DNA of 63,008 nucleotides, filler included, from Olpidium bornovanus S191 (GCA_017911155.1; 28 parts of 28 records of this genome joined end to end with filler, not necessarily neighbours in it), one strand, 5' to 3'; positions 10,889 to 24,344 are shown, counted from the whole stretch's first letter. Notes: generated by a model from the sequence alone, not told the origin. Numbers and translations: made by a program.

Positions 10889-12110
10889 AAAAAACCCCCC
10901 CCCCNNNNNNNNNNNNNNNNNNNNNNNNNNNNNNNNNNNNNNNNNNNNTTAATTAATTAANNNNNNNNNNNNNNNNNNNNNNNNNNNNNNNNNNNNNNNN
11001 NNNNTAAAAGTGCTAGGGCTTTTACTGTTTACCGCAAGCGTTCTCTACCGCCTGGCACTTAAAGAGATGCGCCAGGGAAACACAGTTCAGGCACCTGTTT
11101 TTTCTTTTCTCTCTTGCGGGAAAACAAAGAAAAAAAAAGGGGGGTGCGGGGGGGCCGAGGTATTATCCTTACCTTGTGTGGTGGGCGCGCGCGCGTGTGT
11201 GTGTGTCCCCAAAGGTGGGGGGAGGACCTGATAATCGGCCATTTGGCGCCGAAGTTTCTGTGTGCCCGCCGGGCGCGAAAAAAAAAAAAGCGATCGACCC
11301 GGCGCGGAGTGCTCTGCGACGCGTAAAAAAAAAAAAAAAAAAAAAAGCAGCCCCCCGGCGGTGGGCCCAGTCGAAAATCATTCGAAATCAAAATCCGCGC
11401 CAGGACGGCGGCGGCGGCGCAAATTGTAGTTTGATTCCGGAAAATGGAAGAAACCACATTTTGAAAGCAAGAACAAAAAAAAAAAAAAAAAAAAAAAAAG
11501 AAAAAAGACCACGGGCGAGACAACCCCGTCGTTCGAAGCCCCTTGCGGGAGAAGCAGACGCGACGACTCTTCCCCCCACCCTCCCTTCGCACCGGTCCTT
11601 CACGGGGATCTCTCCTGTCCAGACTTCCCCCGCGAAAGCGCCGCTGCGGTGTCCCCCGAATGCAGTATTTACCCTTGGGATCTCCGAAGAGAGCTCCCGC
11701 TCCCCCCAAAGTTCCAGACACTCCACACACTCTCCGTCCACACCGTAAACTCGCAAAAAGCAAAACAAGACCTTGCGCGTCTCAGGAACAGTCAATTTCT
11801 ACGGAACAACTACTGTCGATTTCAATCATACAAAAACTCGGGGGGATCTTTTTAAGAAAGGTTGATGGGGATGGGGGGGGGGGAGGGAAAGGGAAATGGG
11901 GGAAAATGGGGAGGGGGGGCCTGTGGGTGGTCCACAGACCGACACATCGTGCCCTGTAAATCTATTTTTCACATTCAGGTACGAAAGAGATAAAACGACT
12001 CGAAACCAAAAGTAAAAAAAGAAAACACTACGGCACGGCAGCGCGTTCCTTGGTGTCTGTGCCCGAGGTGCTCCAGGGGCAACAGGCTGTCGGTTACTAG
12101 ACACCGCGGA

Positions 12111-12812
<702 letters not shown>

Positions 12813-12925
12813 CTAAATAAGAAAANNNNNNNNNNNNNNNNNNNNNNNNNNNNNNNNNNNNNNNNNNNNTTAATTAATTAANNNNNNNNNNNNNNNNNNN
12901 NNNNNNNNNNNNNNNNNNNNNNNNN

Positions 12926-14008
12926 AACATGCTTGCGGAGAGTTCGCCGTAGTCATCGTATACGGGGAGGCCCGCGTCGGCAGCCATCTGGGGACAATTG
13001 TAGTAAACGCCGCTCGGTTGGCCCGAAACGCCGTTTAGCTGAGGCAGCTGTCCGAAATACCCCGGGGCATAATGACCCCGGTGGCCAAACTCTCCCGAGT
13101 AGAGGCCCGTCAGAGCATATCCCGCTAATGCTCCGGCCAGAGACGAGTCGTACCCGGAATATGCTGATGCCGCATAGGATGGCTGCGAGCCGTATACGTA
13201 TGCAGGCGATACGGGCGGATTCACAACAAAGCCTGGATAATAAACGCCGTGCGGGCCCGCAAAGTAACTCCCCACAAATTGCGGCACAAACGGCCGGTAC
13301 TGATACGACGCGTTGCTCTGCTGCACCCATTGCGCGTGTGCGTCTCCGGCTGCCGGCGGCCCGTGCGCGACGCCGTACGGATCATAACTGCCTTGCGGCC
13401 TGATGCGAACGGCCGCACCGATGACATTTGAGCAGGGGATTTTTTTGCGCAATTTTTTTTCGACGCCGGGATCGGACGGCTTACGTTTGGGATTGGGCGT
13501 ACGGAGCCGTGCCCGACATCCACGAGGGGGCGTTCGCCAGAGCGCCAAGGTACATTCCGGCAGGGTCCCGGCCGGGGGCCATCGGGACCGGCGGCCGCGA
13601 CGGCCAGGCGGCGGTCGCGCCGCCGAGGTACGGCGGGGCCTGGGGGCTCTGAAATCCGGAGCCGTACTGCCATTGGCCGTCGCCGCCGTGCGAGCCGTCG
13701 AATCCCGTCGTCGGCCGGTCCTCGGCGGGCGCCCGCGGGCCGGACGGCGCGGAGAACGGGGCCGCCGGGCGCGCCCATCCGGCGCCGCGGGAATTCCCCG
13801 GGTCGGAGTCCGCGGGTTCCGCCGGAAACGGCGGCTGCGACGGCCGCGGGGGCTGCCCGCGGCTCAGGGGGTTCGGAGCGGCCACCGCGGGCGGCGGATG
13901 GGCCCTGGCACGATGTCGCTCGTCATCGCCCGGCGTCGTCGGACCGCTATTACCGGTCCCATGCTGCTCGCCGCGGTTTTCGGGCGCTCGATTGTTGGTT
14001 CCGCTCAT
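12926..14008 (-). CDS. Hypothetical Pro/Gly/Tyr-rich low-complexity protein (at least 2 exons, 3' partial)
   Basis: ATG at 14008 (MSGTNNRAPE), GTAAG donor near 13485, then a YG/PG-rich exon running to the contig edge. Confidence 0.5.
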
Positions 14009-14705
14009 TTTCTTTTTTTTTCCCCTCCAGGCGGGCAACGCGATGGGGGGCGGGAGAAGGGTGGGGGGAAGGGCGCGGGAATTGTGATGAACTCTGATGA
14101 GCGTCCTGACGGATTCAATGGCGGGTTGATCCCGCTCCGCGACGGGCTACCGCGGGAGCCGAGCGGAATAAAATACGCCTGCTCAAAAAAAAAAAAATTG
14201 TCGAAAGTTCGGGGACGTTGCTTTAATCTTGGGTAGGTTCAGGACCCCCCCGAGCCCCGAAGCAGGCCGGGAGTTTGCGTCTGCTACCATGCGCGGCACA
14301 GGCTGGGAGGGGCACGCATCCGGCGTTCACTGCAGGCTTCCGGAGGAAACGAAAGGACAAAAGGAAAAAAAAAACTTGCCACCCATTACCATCTGACCCC
14401 AGAGATGGGCAGGGTTTGACGCGCGGAGTACACACGACACACCCTATACGGGAAGGGGGGGGGGGAAGGGGGGTTGCATGATTAATTAGTCCGAACAAAA
14501 TGAAAAAACGCGCGCACAGCCCACCCTCCCCCCCTTCTCTCCCCTAACAGGCCCCCCTGAAACCAAAATCTCTCAAACTGTACCACCCCTTGTACGATGC
14601 ACGACACTTAAAGCCAACCTACACCCCAAAATCGCGGTCAAATTCCAAAAAAAAAAAACGTTTTTCAAAAAAAAAGTCTCGGAAACGTCCTCAAACACGT
14701 CCAGC

Positions 14706-15016
14706 ATGGCTCCTCCTACAAAGCGTGCTAAACACCTTCAACGCGCTCGGAACGCAAAAAAAAAACGCGAAATGGTGGGCTAATTACTTGCAATTCACCC
14801 TTTTTTCCCACCGTCGAAATGGAGGAGGAGGAGTTGGAGGAGAAGGAGGAGGAGGAGGAGGAAGAGCATATCTTTTCTGCGGACGAAGAGTACATCGGCG
14901 ACGTGGAGGTGGACGCCCACAGCAGTGCACTTGAGCTTGGTGCTGTTGTGGAGAGGCTTGAGCTCCTGCCGGACGTTCCAGCACGTCCATCAGAGCGCAC
15001 AAGGCGACGACAAAAA
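14706..15016 (+). mobile_element. Possible N-terminus of a fungal IS630/Tc1-like transposase
   Basis: MAPPTKRAKHLQRARNAKKK, an acidic tract, then PSERTRRRQK. Resembles N-termini of the same family as 7230-7427 (recalled pattern). Confidence 0.3.
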
Positions 15017-15116
15017 NNNNNNNNNNNNNNNNNNNNNNNNNNNNNNNNNNNNNNNNNNNNTTAATTAATTAANNNNNNNNNNNNNNNNNNNNNNNNNNNN
15101 NNNNNNNNNNNNNNNN

Positions 15117-16121
15117 CTCTGCTTTGTATTTATTGGCGGCTTTATCTTCACCAATCTGTTCATTGCGGTGATCTGCCAGGTAAAACCGCTCTTGTCAACC
15201 GTTGTATTGGCAAATCCGCGCGGCCTCTCAATACATGTACCTGCGTAGGTCGGACCGAAGTTTCTCACGATTCTCCATGACCCACTGCGCCTTGCAGAAC
15301 ATCGACGATGCCACCGAAGCCGATCGAGCAATCCAGACAAAGCGGCGGTCGGAGATGAAGCAGATGAAGAAAGACGTGTTTGCCGAGCGACAGAAGGCCG
15401 ACATGAACCAACTTCTCGCGCGAAAGGTGGGGGGGGGAAGGGGAGTGGTTAGGGTTTAGGGTTGGGGCTAAAGTTAGGGTGGGGGGGGGGGGGGTTTGGG
15501 ACCTTTTTTTGATTCGGGGACTTGAGCGGGGCTTTTTCCCGGAATTTTGAGTAACTCTCGGTCAAACCTTCATGACTCGCATTCGAAATTGGGTGGAAAA
15601 AAAAAATAATTAAATCCGTTCAGGAAGCGACGTCCCAGAATATGCAGGAGCTCCTGGCTTCCCTGGCTGGAACCCTTCGGCACGACGAAGTGCTTCCCAT
15701 GACGCATCTAGCTTGCGACATCGTATGGCTGGAGACTTACATGGTTTCCCTGCACTATCACGAGAACACGGTTTACAGGTAAGCGCAGGGCCAGCGCCAC
15801 AAATTAGAAGAAAACGAACGTAATTTTCTTCTACAAAATTTCCCTCCGGACGAAAGAAACAAAAAACGAAAAAAAAAAAAAAAAAAAAAAGAAAAAGAAA
15901 AAAAAAAGAAAAAAAAGGAAAAAAGAGAAAAAAAGAAAGAGAAAAAAAACTACCGCGACCCCGCGGAAATTCGTCTTGTGCCCTTACCAGCAGCTAATTC
16001 GGCCACGATTGTCATTTTCGTTTTTGTTCAAAGGTGCCAGCAGACGCGATTCAACATCGCCAACACGCTTTGCAACATTGTCGAACGGCGGCATCGGACG
16101 ACGCGGGAGACGGACGCCTAG
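15117..16121 (+). CDS. CATSPER3: CatSper3-like cation channel alpha subunit, 3' exons (S6 and C-terminal coiled coil)
   Basis: Exons 15117-15179, 15298-15426, 15624-15778 and 16034-16121 splice in phase. Product FVFIGGFIFTNLFIAVICQ/NIDDAT..FAERQKADMNQLLARK/EATSQNMQELLASLAGTLRHDEVLPMTHLACDIVWLETYMVSLHYHENTVYR/CQQTRFNIANTL is colinear with the CatSper3 C-terminus. Confidence 0.7.
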
Positions 16122-19100
16122 AGAGGCCCCGGCTCAAGGGAAAAATCGGGAGCTCGTTTGGGAACGTGGGGGTGAGAGGTGCGCCGGGCGGCTTCCAAAA
16201 AATATTCCCCGCGGGCGCCTCCAGCAAGTTTCGGCCGAAACGAGCACCACGTAGAGTGACCGCAGGGTCGTTTATAACTTTGACGGTCGGTCGAACCATG
16301 GCCGCGCGTGTTTTGTGGACTTCGTCGGCATTTTCATCCAGCACAACGGTGTTTTGCGGGGTGATGAGGGGGTGTGGGTGAAGGGGCCCGTTGAGTGCGC
16401 GGCCAAATGCAGGTCGCTGTGAGTCAGGCGGGAGACACCCCTTCCCTCTCGATGGGCAGTTGCCATGCAGGGAAATCCTCCGGACGCCGCGCCCCCACTA
16501 ACTAAAGGCACTTTCAGCGTAACCCTGGTTTCTGTTTTTAAGCAAATCTGGACAATTGTGTTTGCGTGCGGGACTCGAGCAAAAAGTTCCGGCAAAATTA
16601 CTTCTCGTTCGTACAATTCGGAGCCCCTTTTGCAAAACGATGGGTGTCGAGAACATCTTGATGAGAATGCGAGTTCACCCCGAGTCCTACTTTTTCCTGC
16701 AAAACCAGATATATAACGCCGACTGCTTCGGCGTCGGACGGGCTTTGCGATCTCAGAAGTGGAGGACCGGGAGAAACTTGGAGGTCCGAAACCAGTCCGG
16801 GATAATATTTTTCAAACTTGCCGGTCAGCATAATCCTCTTTGGCGATCGATTGGAAACGCTTGTTTGACATTAAAGGAGCAGTTCTGCAGCGGAAAGGGA
16901 CGAGCTTTTCTCCGCGTGGGGGCGTGGGTGGATGGGGAGCGGGGAAAAACAGCACCGGGAATTTATGTAGCGCGAAGGATACGTTGTGTATGAAATAGGA
17001 TTATAGGCCTCAGCAAACTGCCCTCCCACCCCGCCGCCCAACACACACACACTCACTCACTCACACTCACACACACAAAACGCGCTTCTGGTGACGCGTT
17101 TCGAATCCTTTATCCGGGTCCCAGAAGATCTAATAGGGAAGCCCTTGAATCTTCTCGTTGCTGCAAACTCTGCAGCAAATCATCGATCCTGCGTTGAATT
17201 TCTGCGGCAAAATCGGTGAAGCATGCCATGAATTTTGCGGCGAATCCCGCGGTGAATCCTGTTTTCAAACTCTGTGACTAATCCTGTGGCATATCTTGTC
17301 TTGAATTGTGGCATACCCTGCGACGAATTATGCCGTGAATTCNNNNNNNNNNNNNNNNNNNNNNNNNNNNNNNNNNNNNNNNNNNNTTAATTAATTAANN
17401 NNNNNNNNNNNNNNNNNNNNNNNNNNNNNNNNNNNNNNNNNNCGGCGCACTGAGAGTTGGTGCATTTGATGCTCCGGGACTATACTTCTCTCAGGAAAAT
17501 GTCAAACTGTTTCGATTGCGACTCCAGCACACGTTGACACGTTTATCCGTGGTCACAAACATGACGGAGAGGACGGCGGATGAAGCCGACGAAAGCGACC
17601 TGGTGGAGATTCGGCGGGCTTACGGTTATGCGGGAACAGTAGGCCTCTGCGCTTCGTTGACATCAGCGGTAATAACAATCCGGCATGCCAAGGCCGGCCG
17701 GAGAGGATCTGGCAGCTGTCGCCCCAAACCCAAAAGACAAGACAGGGACGAAGAAACGTCTGCGGTCGGCGGGCGCCCCGGGGGTTGTGTCTGCGGGCGG
17801 ACGGGGAGGAGCGCGTTGAGGCCGGGAAGAGGCCGGGCGGCTGGAGGGCCGGCGGGGAAGAGAGAGGGTTCGCGGCGTTCGGAGGGAGAAAGCCCCTCCC
17901 GCAGAACCCAAAGTTCCGCTCTTCCCGCCGTCCTGCTCCCCTTCTCGACGCAGCCCTCGCGCCCACTCTGACGCACGCGTGCGCGCCGACCGACCGACCG
18001 CCTGCAGCGCTCCGCCTCGTTTGCTCTCGGCCGCGCCGCCGTGCGCACGCCGCTAGGGGGGTTGGTGAGCGAGCTGGGGGGGGAGTCCTGCGCATAAAAG
18101 GCAGCGCGCCCTGCGTCGCCCCGAGCGGAGGTCGCCCAAGCAGAGAGAGAGGACAGAGAGCGACGAGATCAGAGCGGATGAACCCCCGCGCGCGCGCCCG
18201 CACCCCCCAAACTCGCTCCCGCCCGCCACCAAACGGTTCTTTGTCGTTCGCAGTAGATCGCGGCGACGCAGGCGGCCGCTGAAGTCGCCCGCGCTGGCCT
18301 CCTGGACCGTCCCTCCCGCGACCTGGGGCCGCCCGAGACCCCTCAGGGTGCCTGCGAACCCCAGGAAGCGTGCGCGCGATCCGCCCGCACCTGCCGGCCC
18401 CGGTTCCTTCGCCGACAGCGCAGGCGACGCCTGGGACGGAGGCGGGCGTCGCACCCGGCGGCGCGCGAGTCTCCCAGGTCCGTCCGCTGTTCCAAGCGGC
18501 TGGCCAGGTTGCCCGTCGAAAATGCGGCCGCCTCTTCGCCGCCGAGGAGGAAGCGGTCGCGGGAAAGCGAGGGAGCCGCCGGCGGCGCGGGTGACCACCG
18601 TCGGGGCAGACGTCGGGTGAACCCGGGCCCCTGGCTCAACCCCCTGGCCGGCGCCACAGTCACCACGGCGCCCCAGCCGGCATTGTCCGCGGCCAACATC
18701 ATCTCCGCGGCGGCGGACGCCGGCACGCCGTTAATCTACGCGTACGACGCCGTGCGATGATCAACTACATTGAGGACCCACCGGCTGCCGCCGCCGCGGA
18801 CAACGCCGCCGAAGATCCGACGAAGTCGGACTGGTGAGTTCACATCAATCCGTTGTCGTCCGCAAAAAGATCTCTGTAAACTTCCGGGCACGGGAATCGC
18901 ACAGATCCGGGGGCGGCAGGACGAATATTCATTGTACTTGTTATCCATTATTCTTCACTAATCTGTATTATTATTTATTATCTATTTATCTTTTACACTA
19001 AATGTCTGACCCTGGTCAACCGGATACGTAGGCAGCCGATGGTCCGCTCGAAGCGCAGATCGGAGGTTTACCCCCACCCCCCTCCTTCCTCCCCCCCCAT

Positions 19101-19219
19101 TTTGGGGCATCCGCTCCNNNNNNNNNNNNNNNNNNNNNNNNNNNNNNNNNNNNNNNNNNNNTTAATTAATTAANNNNNNNNNNNNNNNNNNNNNNNNNNN
19201 NNNNNNNNNNNNNNNNNAA

Positions 19220-19277
<58 letters not shown>

Positions 19278-19308
19278 TTTCCCCCCGAACCAAAAAACAC
19301 GGGGGGGG

Positions 19309-19340
<32 letters not shown>

Positions 19341-19366
19341 AGGCCAAAAAAACGGGCGAAGCTGAC

Positions 19367-22300
19367 CTGTTTTTTCGAAAAGTAGCCGCAGTTCACCGGG
19401 TGGATAATCTTGACCGGGGCTCGGTCGCTTCCGAACGGGGACCGGTCGTTTGTGAAATGCGCCGCCGCGGGAAAAGCAAAAAACGCGCGGGCAGTCAGCG
19501 CCTTCCGGACTTCGCCGGTTCGGCAGTCGACCGCGTCCCAGCGTTCCCGCGGCCGCTGCGGCAGGGGGAGGGAGGGGCGGAGAAGGGGGGGGGGGGCGCC
19601 TACCCGCATTTCTGGTCCGACGTGAAGGCCAGCGGGCCGTCCTTCAACCACGGCTGCAACTCTCTCCGAGCTTCCTCCAGGTACGCCTTCAGCGCCTGGA
19701 CACCCGCAGCGTACCGCAGGTCGGGCTCTCTCGGCACTTCGTCTGTTGAGACCGACTGGGCTGCCGCATCCGCCTCTGATGCCAGCCGGCGGGCACCGGC
19801 CCCGCCGACCATAATCAGGCAGTACGGGGTAAACGCCTTCACCGGCACATACGCCTCTGCTGGGCTCTCCTCCTTGCGAGCCACCCTTAGCGGGTCTCGC
19901 GACTTCCAAAAGCGGTATTCCCGAGAGTCCCCGGACGACAGCCCGTTCCAGTAGAAGCACGGCCTCAGCCACTTCCGACAAACTTCAGAGCCGAAGGTCG
20001 CAGTGGCAAACTGCTTCCGGACGACCAATGCGTACACCGGATTCGTACTGCGAAATCACGGGGCGGCGGCGCGGAGAACGATCGAGATCGATAAAGGCCC
20101 GACAACGACGACGCTCGTCGAACAGACTCGACCCACTTCGGACCGCGGTTCCAGATCAGCGGGCACGCGTCTTCGGCGTCTGATGGGGTGGTGTCGCGTG
20201 ACGGGCTGCATATCCCCGGCAGACCTTTCGCGACCAGCCGCATCCTGGCCGACACGTCTGTTGCGGGCATCAGAAAATCGAAACTGCAGCTGGGAGGGCG
20301 CTCCTCGGAGATGTCCTGCTGTGTGATCTTCGTCTGAAACTCGGCGCCTGCGCCGGTTGCATGTGCTTGACGCGGCAAAACAGAATAGTCACGGAGCATC
20401 TGCTCGAGGGAGGCGGAGCGGGAGCCGTGCCGGTGAAACCGGATCTTCCGAAGCTCATGATCCTCGTTGTTTCCGAGTCCTTCATGAGGACGGCGGCGTA
20501 TCTGGAAGATTAACGAATCGGTTTGGACCTTCGGCCACACTTTGTACGGTGGAAACTGGAAAATATCAAGTAATTGGAACGACTTCCAGAGCCACTTCCT
20601 TTGTTGCCAAGTTGCATGTCAGCAGTTTTTATATGAGAGCAGATTATCATGGACGAAACCGTACATGCGCACACACTTGTGATCGTCACCTGAGTTTAGC
20701 GGCGAACTCCAGCGTCAGCCACTGGCTTGCTGTAGACCGCAGTTAGGATTGGCTCCTTTGGGGGGGGGGTGGGGGGACATCGGGAAAGAGCAGGCAAATT
20801 GCCGAGAGCGGCCGTTCACACACCGGTGATCATGCACATATGGCCACCGCTCTTTAAGCGGTTTCCTGCTAGCCAAATCCAGTAGGTGTACGCCTGTATT
20901 CCTCTTCTGCCGTTGCTGTCGAACACCTGACCGTCAAACAGCTGCGGGTCCGGCTCGGAAAGCTTCCCCGTCTTGCGGATCATGTACGGAGGGTTTCCGA
21001 GGATGAAATCGAATTTCCTCTTCTCGGGGCATCTGAGATTCTCCAGCGACTCCCGGCCGAAACCGGCCGGTTGGTCGGCGAGGCACATGGTGAGAGCGTC
21101 CGACACCAGGAACCTGAAACGCGGGAGCCTGACGCGAACGGTCTCGCCCGAAGCGGCCTCGATCCGCTTCACCTCTCCGAACAGCACGGCCAGGTGGGCC
21201 GCGGCGTTAAGTTTGGCGACCGCGCACGCGTGCTCGCTGATCTCCAGGCCCCAGCAGGATTCGACCGTGGCGCCCATGAGCGCGGCAAGGTTGCGGAGGG
21301 TCCGCCGGGGGTTTCCCGCGGCGTCCGCGAACAGCTCGCGGTCGCGCAGCGCGGCCCGGCAGATCCTCTTGATCCACGCGCACAGGAAGCTCCCGGAGCC
21401 CATGCAGGGGTCCCACACCGCCGGCAGAACGGCTTCCGGTCCCGTCGCGCGCCCGCTTCGGATTCCGCCGGAGTCCGCCCCGCAGGCGTTCCGCAAAATC
21501 TCCGCCGGCGAGGTGCCGGCCGACGACAGCGTGGAGTCCCACATGAACTCCACCACCGCCCTCGGGGTGTACACTTCTCCGCGCCGTTTGGGGCGCCCCC
21601 GCCTGGTTTTGCTTTCCGCGGGCAGGACGCTCCTGGTGTAAAACTCGGCGATGGACGGCTGGACCGCGTCAAGCATGTCCGGGCCCGCGGAACTCAAACC
21701 CGCCGCGAGCCTCGAGACGCAGGTCTCTTTCGCCTCCGGCGGCATCTCGCTGAGCTGCCAGTGGTATTTCGACCCCCGCGCGCTCCGGCAGGGCCGGTCT
21801 TCTTCTGGGAAAATCTGATCAAACTCCTCGATCATCCGCTGCGGAGCGCCGGGATCGCATGGTGCGGGACCGTCGGGAGCGTGCTCCCGGAAAGCCGCGC
21901 GGAGAACGCTCTGCACCAGGAGCTGACAGGTCGTGATGCAGGCGACAAGGGCGCAGATGTCAACTTGCCCGTGCTCCCCGTGCGCTCCTTCCGTCCCCTC
22001 CGCCTCCGGCTGCTCCCCGGGCTCCTCCGTCAATGCTGCAATGCTTAGGTGGCAACGAGAGGCAGCGGCTCCGTTCGCAGTGGGACGATCCCAATCGCTT
22101 TTCAGCGCGGACATGCAGCGAGCTGCGTGTTCTCTCAGCTCTTGATGCAGGCTGGTAAGGCAACTTGTCAATGCTTCGGTCGCTTGATCAAGACTGAGAA
22201 TTTGCCGAACCGGCGCTTCGTTCCCGTCTGTTGGCAAGCCGCTCGGCGCGGCGAGGGCCTTCGCCTCGCCCCTTCTCGCTGAGCCTGGACGCGTCCACTT

Positions 22301-22396
22301 TCCGACGAAGACGCTCGAACCGCCCGGAGACGAAATTCGGGCAGCGAACAGGGGCGGCCCTGCAGATATTTCGGACACGCTGCGCTTCCGAACCAT
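19367..22396 (-). CDS. Spliced restriction-modification-type (gamma-class, TaqI/Eco57I-like) DNA amino-methyltransferase with probable C-terminal target-recognition domain, 3' partial
   Basis: Motif X GEVYTP (21563-21580), motif I WDPCMGSGSFL, GLEISEHA, VSDAL, motif IV FDFILGNPPY (NPPY 20984-20995), LKSGG. In-phase introns 20823-20730, 20689-20599 and 20136-20048 give CMIT/ASQWLTLEFAAKLR/KWLWKSFQLLDIFQFPPYKVWPKVQTDSLIF..WNRGPN/TNPVYALV..WLRPCFYW. Further donors at 19603 and 19366. A 20-codon upstream exon (22553-22494) is possible. Confidence 0.88.
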
Positions 22397-24011
22397 GCTG
22401 GAGAAAACCTGCGTGATTGCCGAACCTCCCGTGGGATTTTGGTTGTTTTTTATTTCTTTCTTTTCTTTCTTTCTCTTCTTCTCTGGCACGCACGGAAGGT
22501 GAGCGGTCAAGCGGGGACTTCCATTCGAATTGCTCTATGCGTTTTGTTGGCATGCAACGAGGCCGCGTCGCGAACTCGCTGCTTATTTCGATTATCACGC
22601 CACTGCTTCGGCGGCTGTGATTATCCCGTTTGGGCGGAAATCTAAACGCCTGTCCGCAGCAAAAACCAAAAAATCTCGGTGCATTTGGGTTTACGCGTTC
22701 GGGCGCGGAGGAAACCGTGACACGGAGATTTTACCGAGCACACACGCTCTCGCACCACGACAGGACCTGATAAACGGGGAGTAATGTATGATCTGATTCA
22801 CAGGGACGAGTCCCGCCCAACTCCCCTCTCAACATGCGGGCTTACGGGACGTGATGTCGGGCAGGGGGCTGGGCATTTTGTCATGGGCGGTGGAACAGGT
22901 CTTATGCTTGAGCTCGTCGCGGGGGGCGAGGGAATAGCGCCGCAGACAGCAGTTTGGTCGGGAGGTCATTGGGTTTCTGGATGAAAGCCCCGCGCTACCT
23001 GTTCAGTTTACCCGCGGCGCCGCTGCGTCACGGGTGCGCGGGCCGCCCAGCTCGCCCAATTAAATTAAGTCTTGCCCAGCCGTCGGCCACGGTATGGCCG
23101 ACGCCATCGGGCAGCCGAAGAGGCGCCCGCGCTGTGTGCGGGAGTAGGAACAACGTCCATGGCGCGTGCGACGTCAAAGGGCTGGGGGGAGGCCTTGAGG
23201 GCAGGCTGATGAATGGTTTGAAACGTGGTCGTGCGTGGCGCTCGCCCGACGGGCAGAATCGACGAGCAACCTTGCGAAGGCGCCCGCCGGCAGGTGCGTA
23301 CGCGCCTCCGGACCTTGCCTTAGGCGAGTTCAGAGTCGCGGACTACCCATGGCACACGCGACGTCGACGTGGGACTGTGTGGAGGCGTTTGCGAAGGAGT
23401 ACATGCCAAGACGAACAGTGCATTTGAAAAACTATTACCACTACTACAGGTGCAGGATGTGTTGCAGGCAAGTTCGAAAAGCGCCGCAGGCTCCCCCCGG
23501 AGCTGCGACTGCGCCTTATCGGAAGCAAAGAAGAGAACGGTTTCGCAACTGCTGCAAGTAAGGGCCTCACGGCCCCCTCAACGTCGCCAATGCCCAAGGG
23601 AAGTCTATTCATTGACGCGTAGTCGCCAGCCGTACGGTGGGGATGCGTGCTATACCCGCAATCCCTGTTGTTGTGATCTGCACGGAGATGAAAAACGCAC
23701 CTCAGTGAGGCCGATATGCAAGAATCTGATAACTGTGATGCAACGTATGCGGTTAATAGTTTGACCTGCACAAGGTAATCACGCGGCGGCTGCATAGAAT
23801 ACGCCATTCAGCCGGTTTCTGTCCCTCCGTCCCCACCGTTCGTTCATGACNNNNNNNNNNNNNNNNNNNNNNNNNNNNNNNNNNNNNNNNNNNNTTAATT
23901 AATTAANNNNNNNNNNNNNNNNNNNNNNNNNNNNNNNNNNNNNNNNNNNNCATGAAGAGGAACTGTGCAAAAAGGAGAAGTGGCCTGGAGACTGACAGAC
24001 AAAGAATGGCT

Positions 24012-24063
24012 CTGTCACAGTTTGACACCTGTTGGGTACCCAACAGGTGTCAAACTGTGACAG
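24012..24063. repeat. 52-bp perfect palindrome centred on GGTACC
   Basis: CTGTCACAGTTTGACACCTGTTGGGT|ACCCAACAGGTGTCAAACTGTGACAG is its own reverse complement. Confidence 0.97.
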
Positions 24064-24344
24064 TTACCCTGGTATTTACTGTAAAAATTGGGGTGGTGCG
24101 GTCAGAGAAAAACAAAACTGAGTTTAAGGTTTAGGTTAAGCTTAGACAAGGAAGAAGCCCCTGTTACATTATTCTGGTTTTCATTGGTCTATTTCCAAGG
24201 GGGCTCTGTTACTGGTGAACTTCCCCTTTCGGGAAATTTTATTCTGGTCCCTATTGGCCTCCTTCTTTTCCAAATTTTCCGAGCTGCCCCCCTTCCCCCC
24301 CCACCTCCCCAAACTCCCGGACCCCCCTTCAACCCCCTTCAACC

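Noticed and set aside
15448-15481. Telomere-like TTAGGG repeats
   Set aside because: Only about three degenerate units inside a G-rich intron of the CatSper3-like gene; not a terminal array.
17140-17342. Degenerate ~12-nt periodic sequence (FAAEF-like peptide on the minus strand)
   Set aside because: Periodicity is weak, all frames are interrupted and no family is recognisable.
19367-22396. Methyltransferase as bacterial contamination
   Set aside because: Three GT-AG introns restore the frame exactly at conserved motifs, and the contig has the same homopolymer-rich style as the host contigs.
23340-23760. FAR1/MULE transposase-like remnant (TWDCVEAFAKEY..YYRC)
   Set aside because: Only a short, loose resemblance; no DDE core seen.
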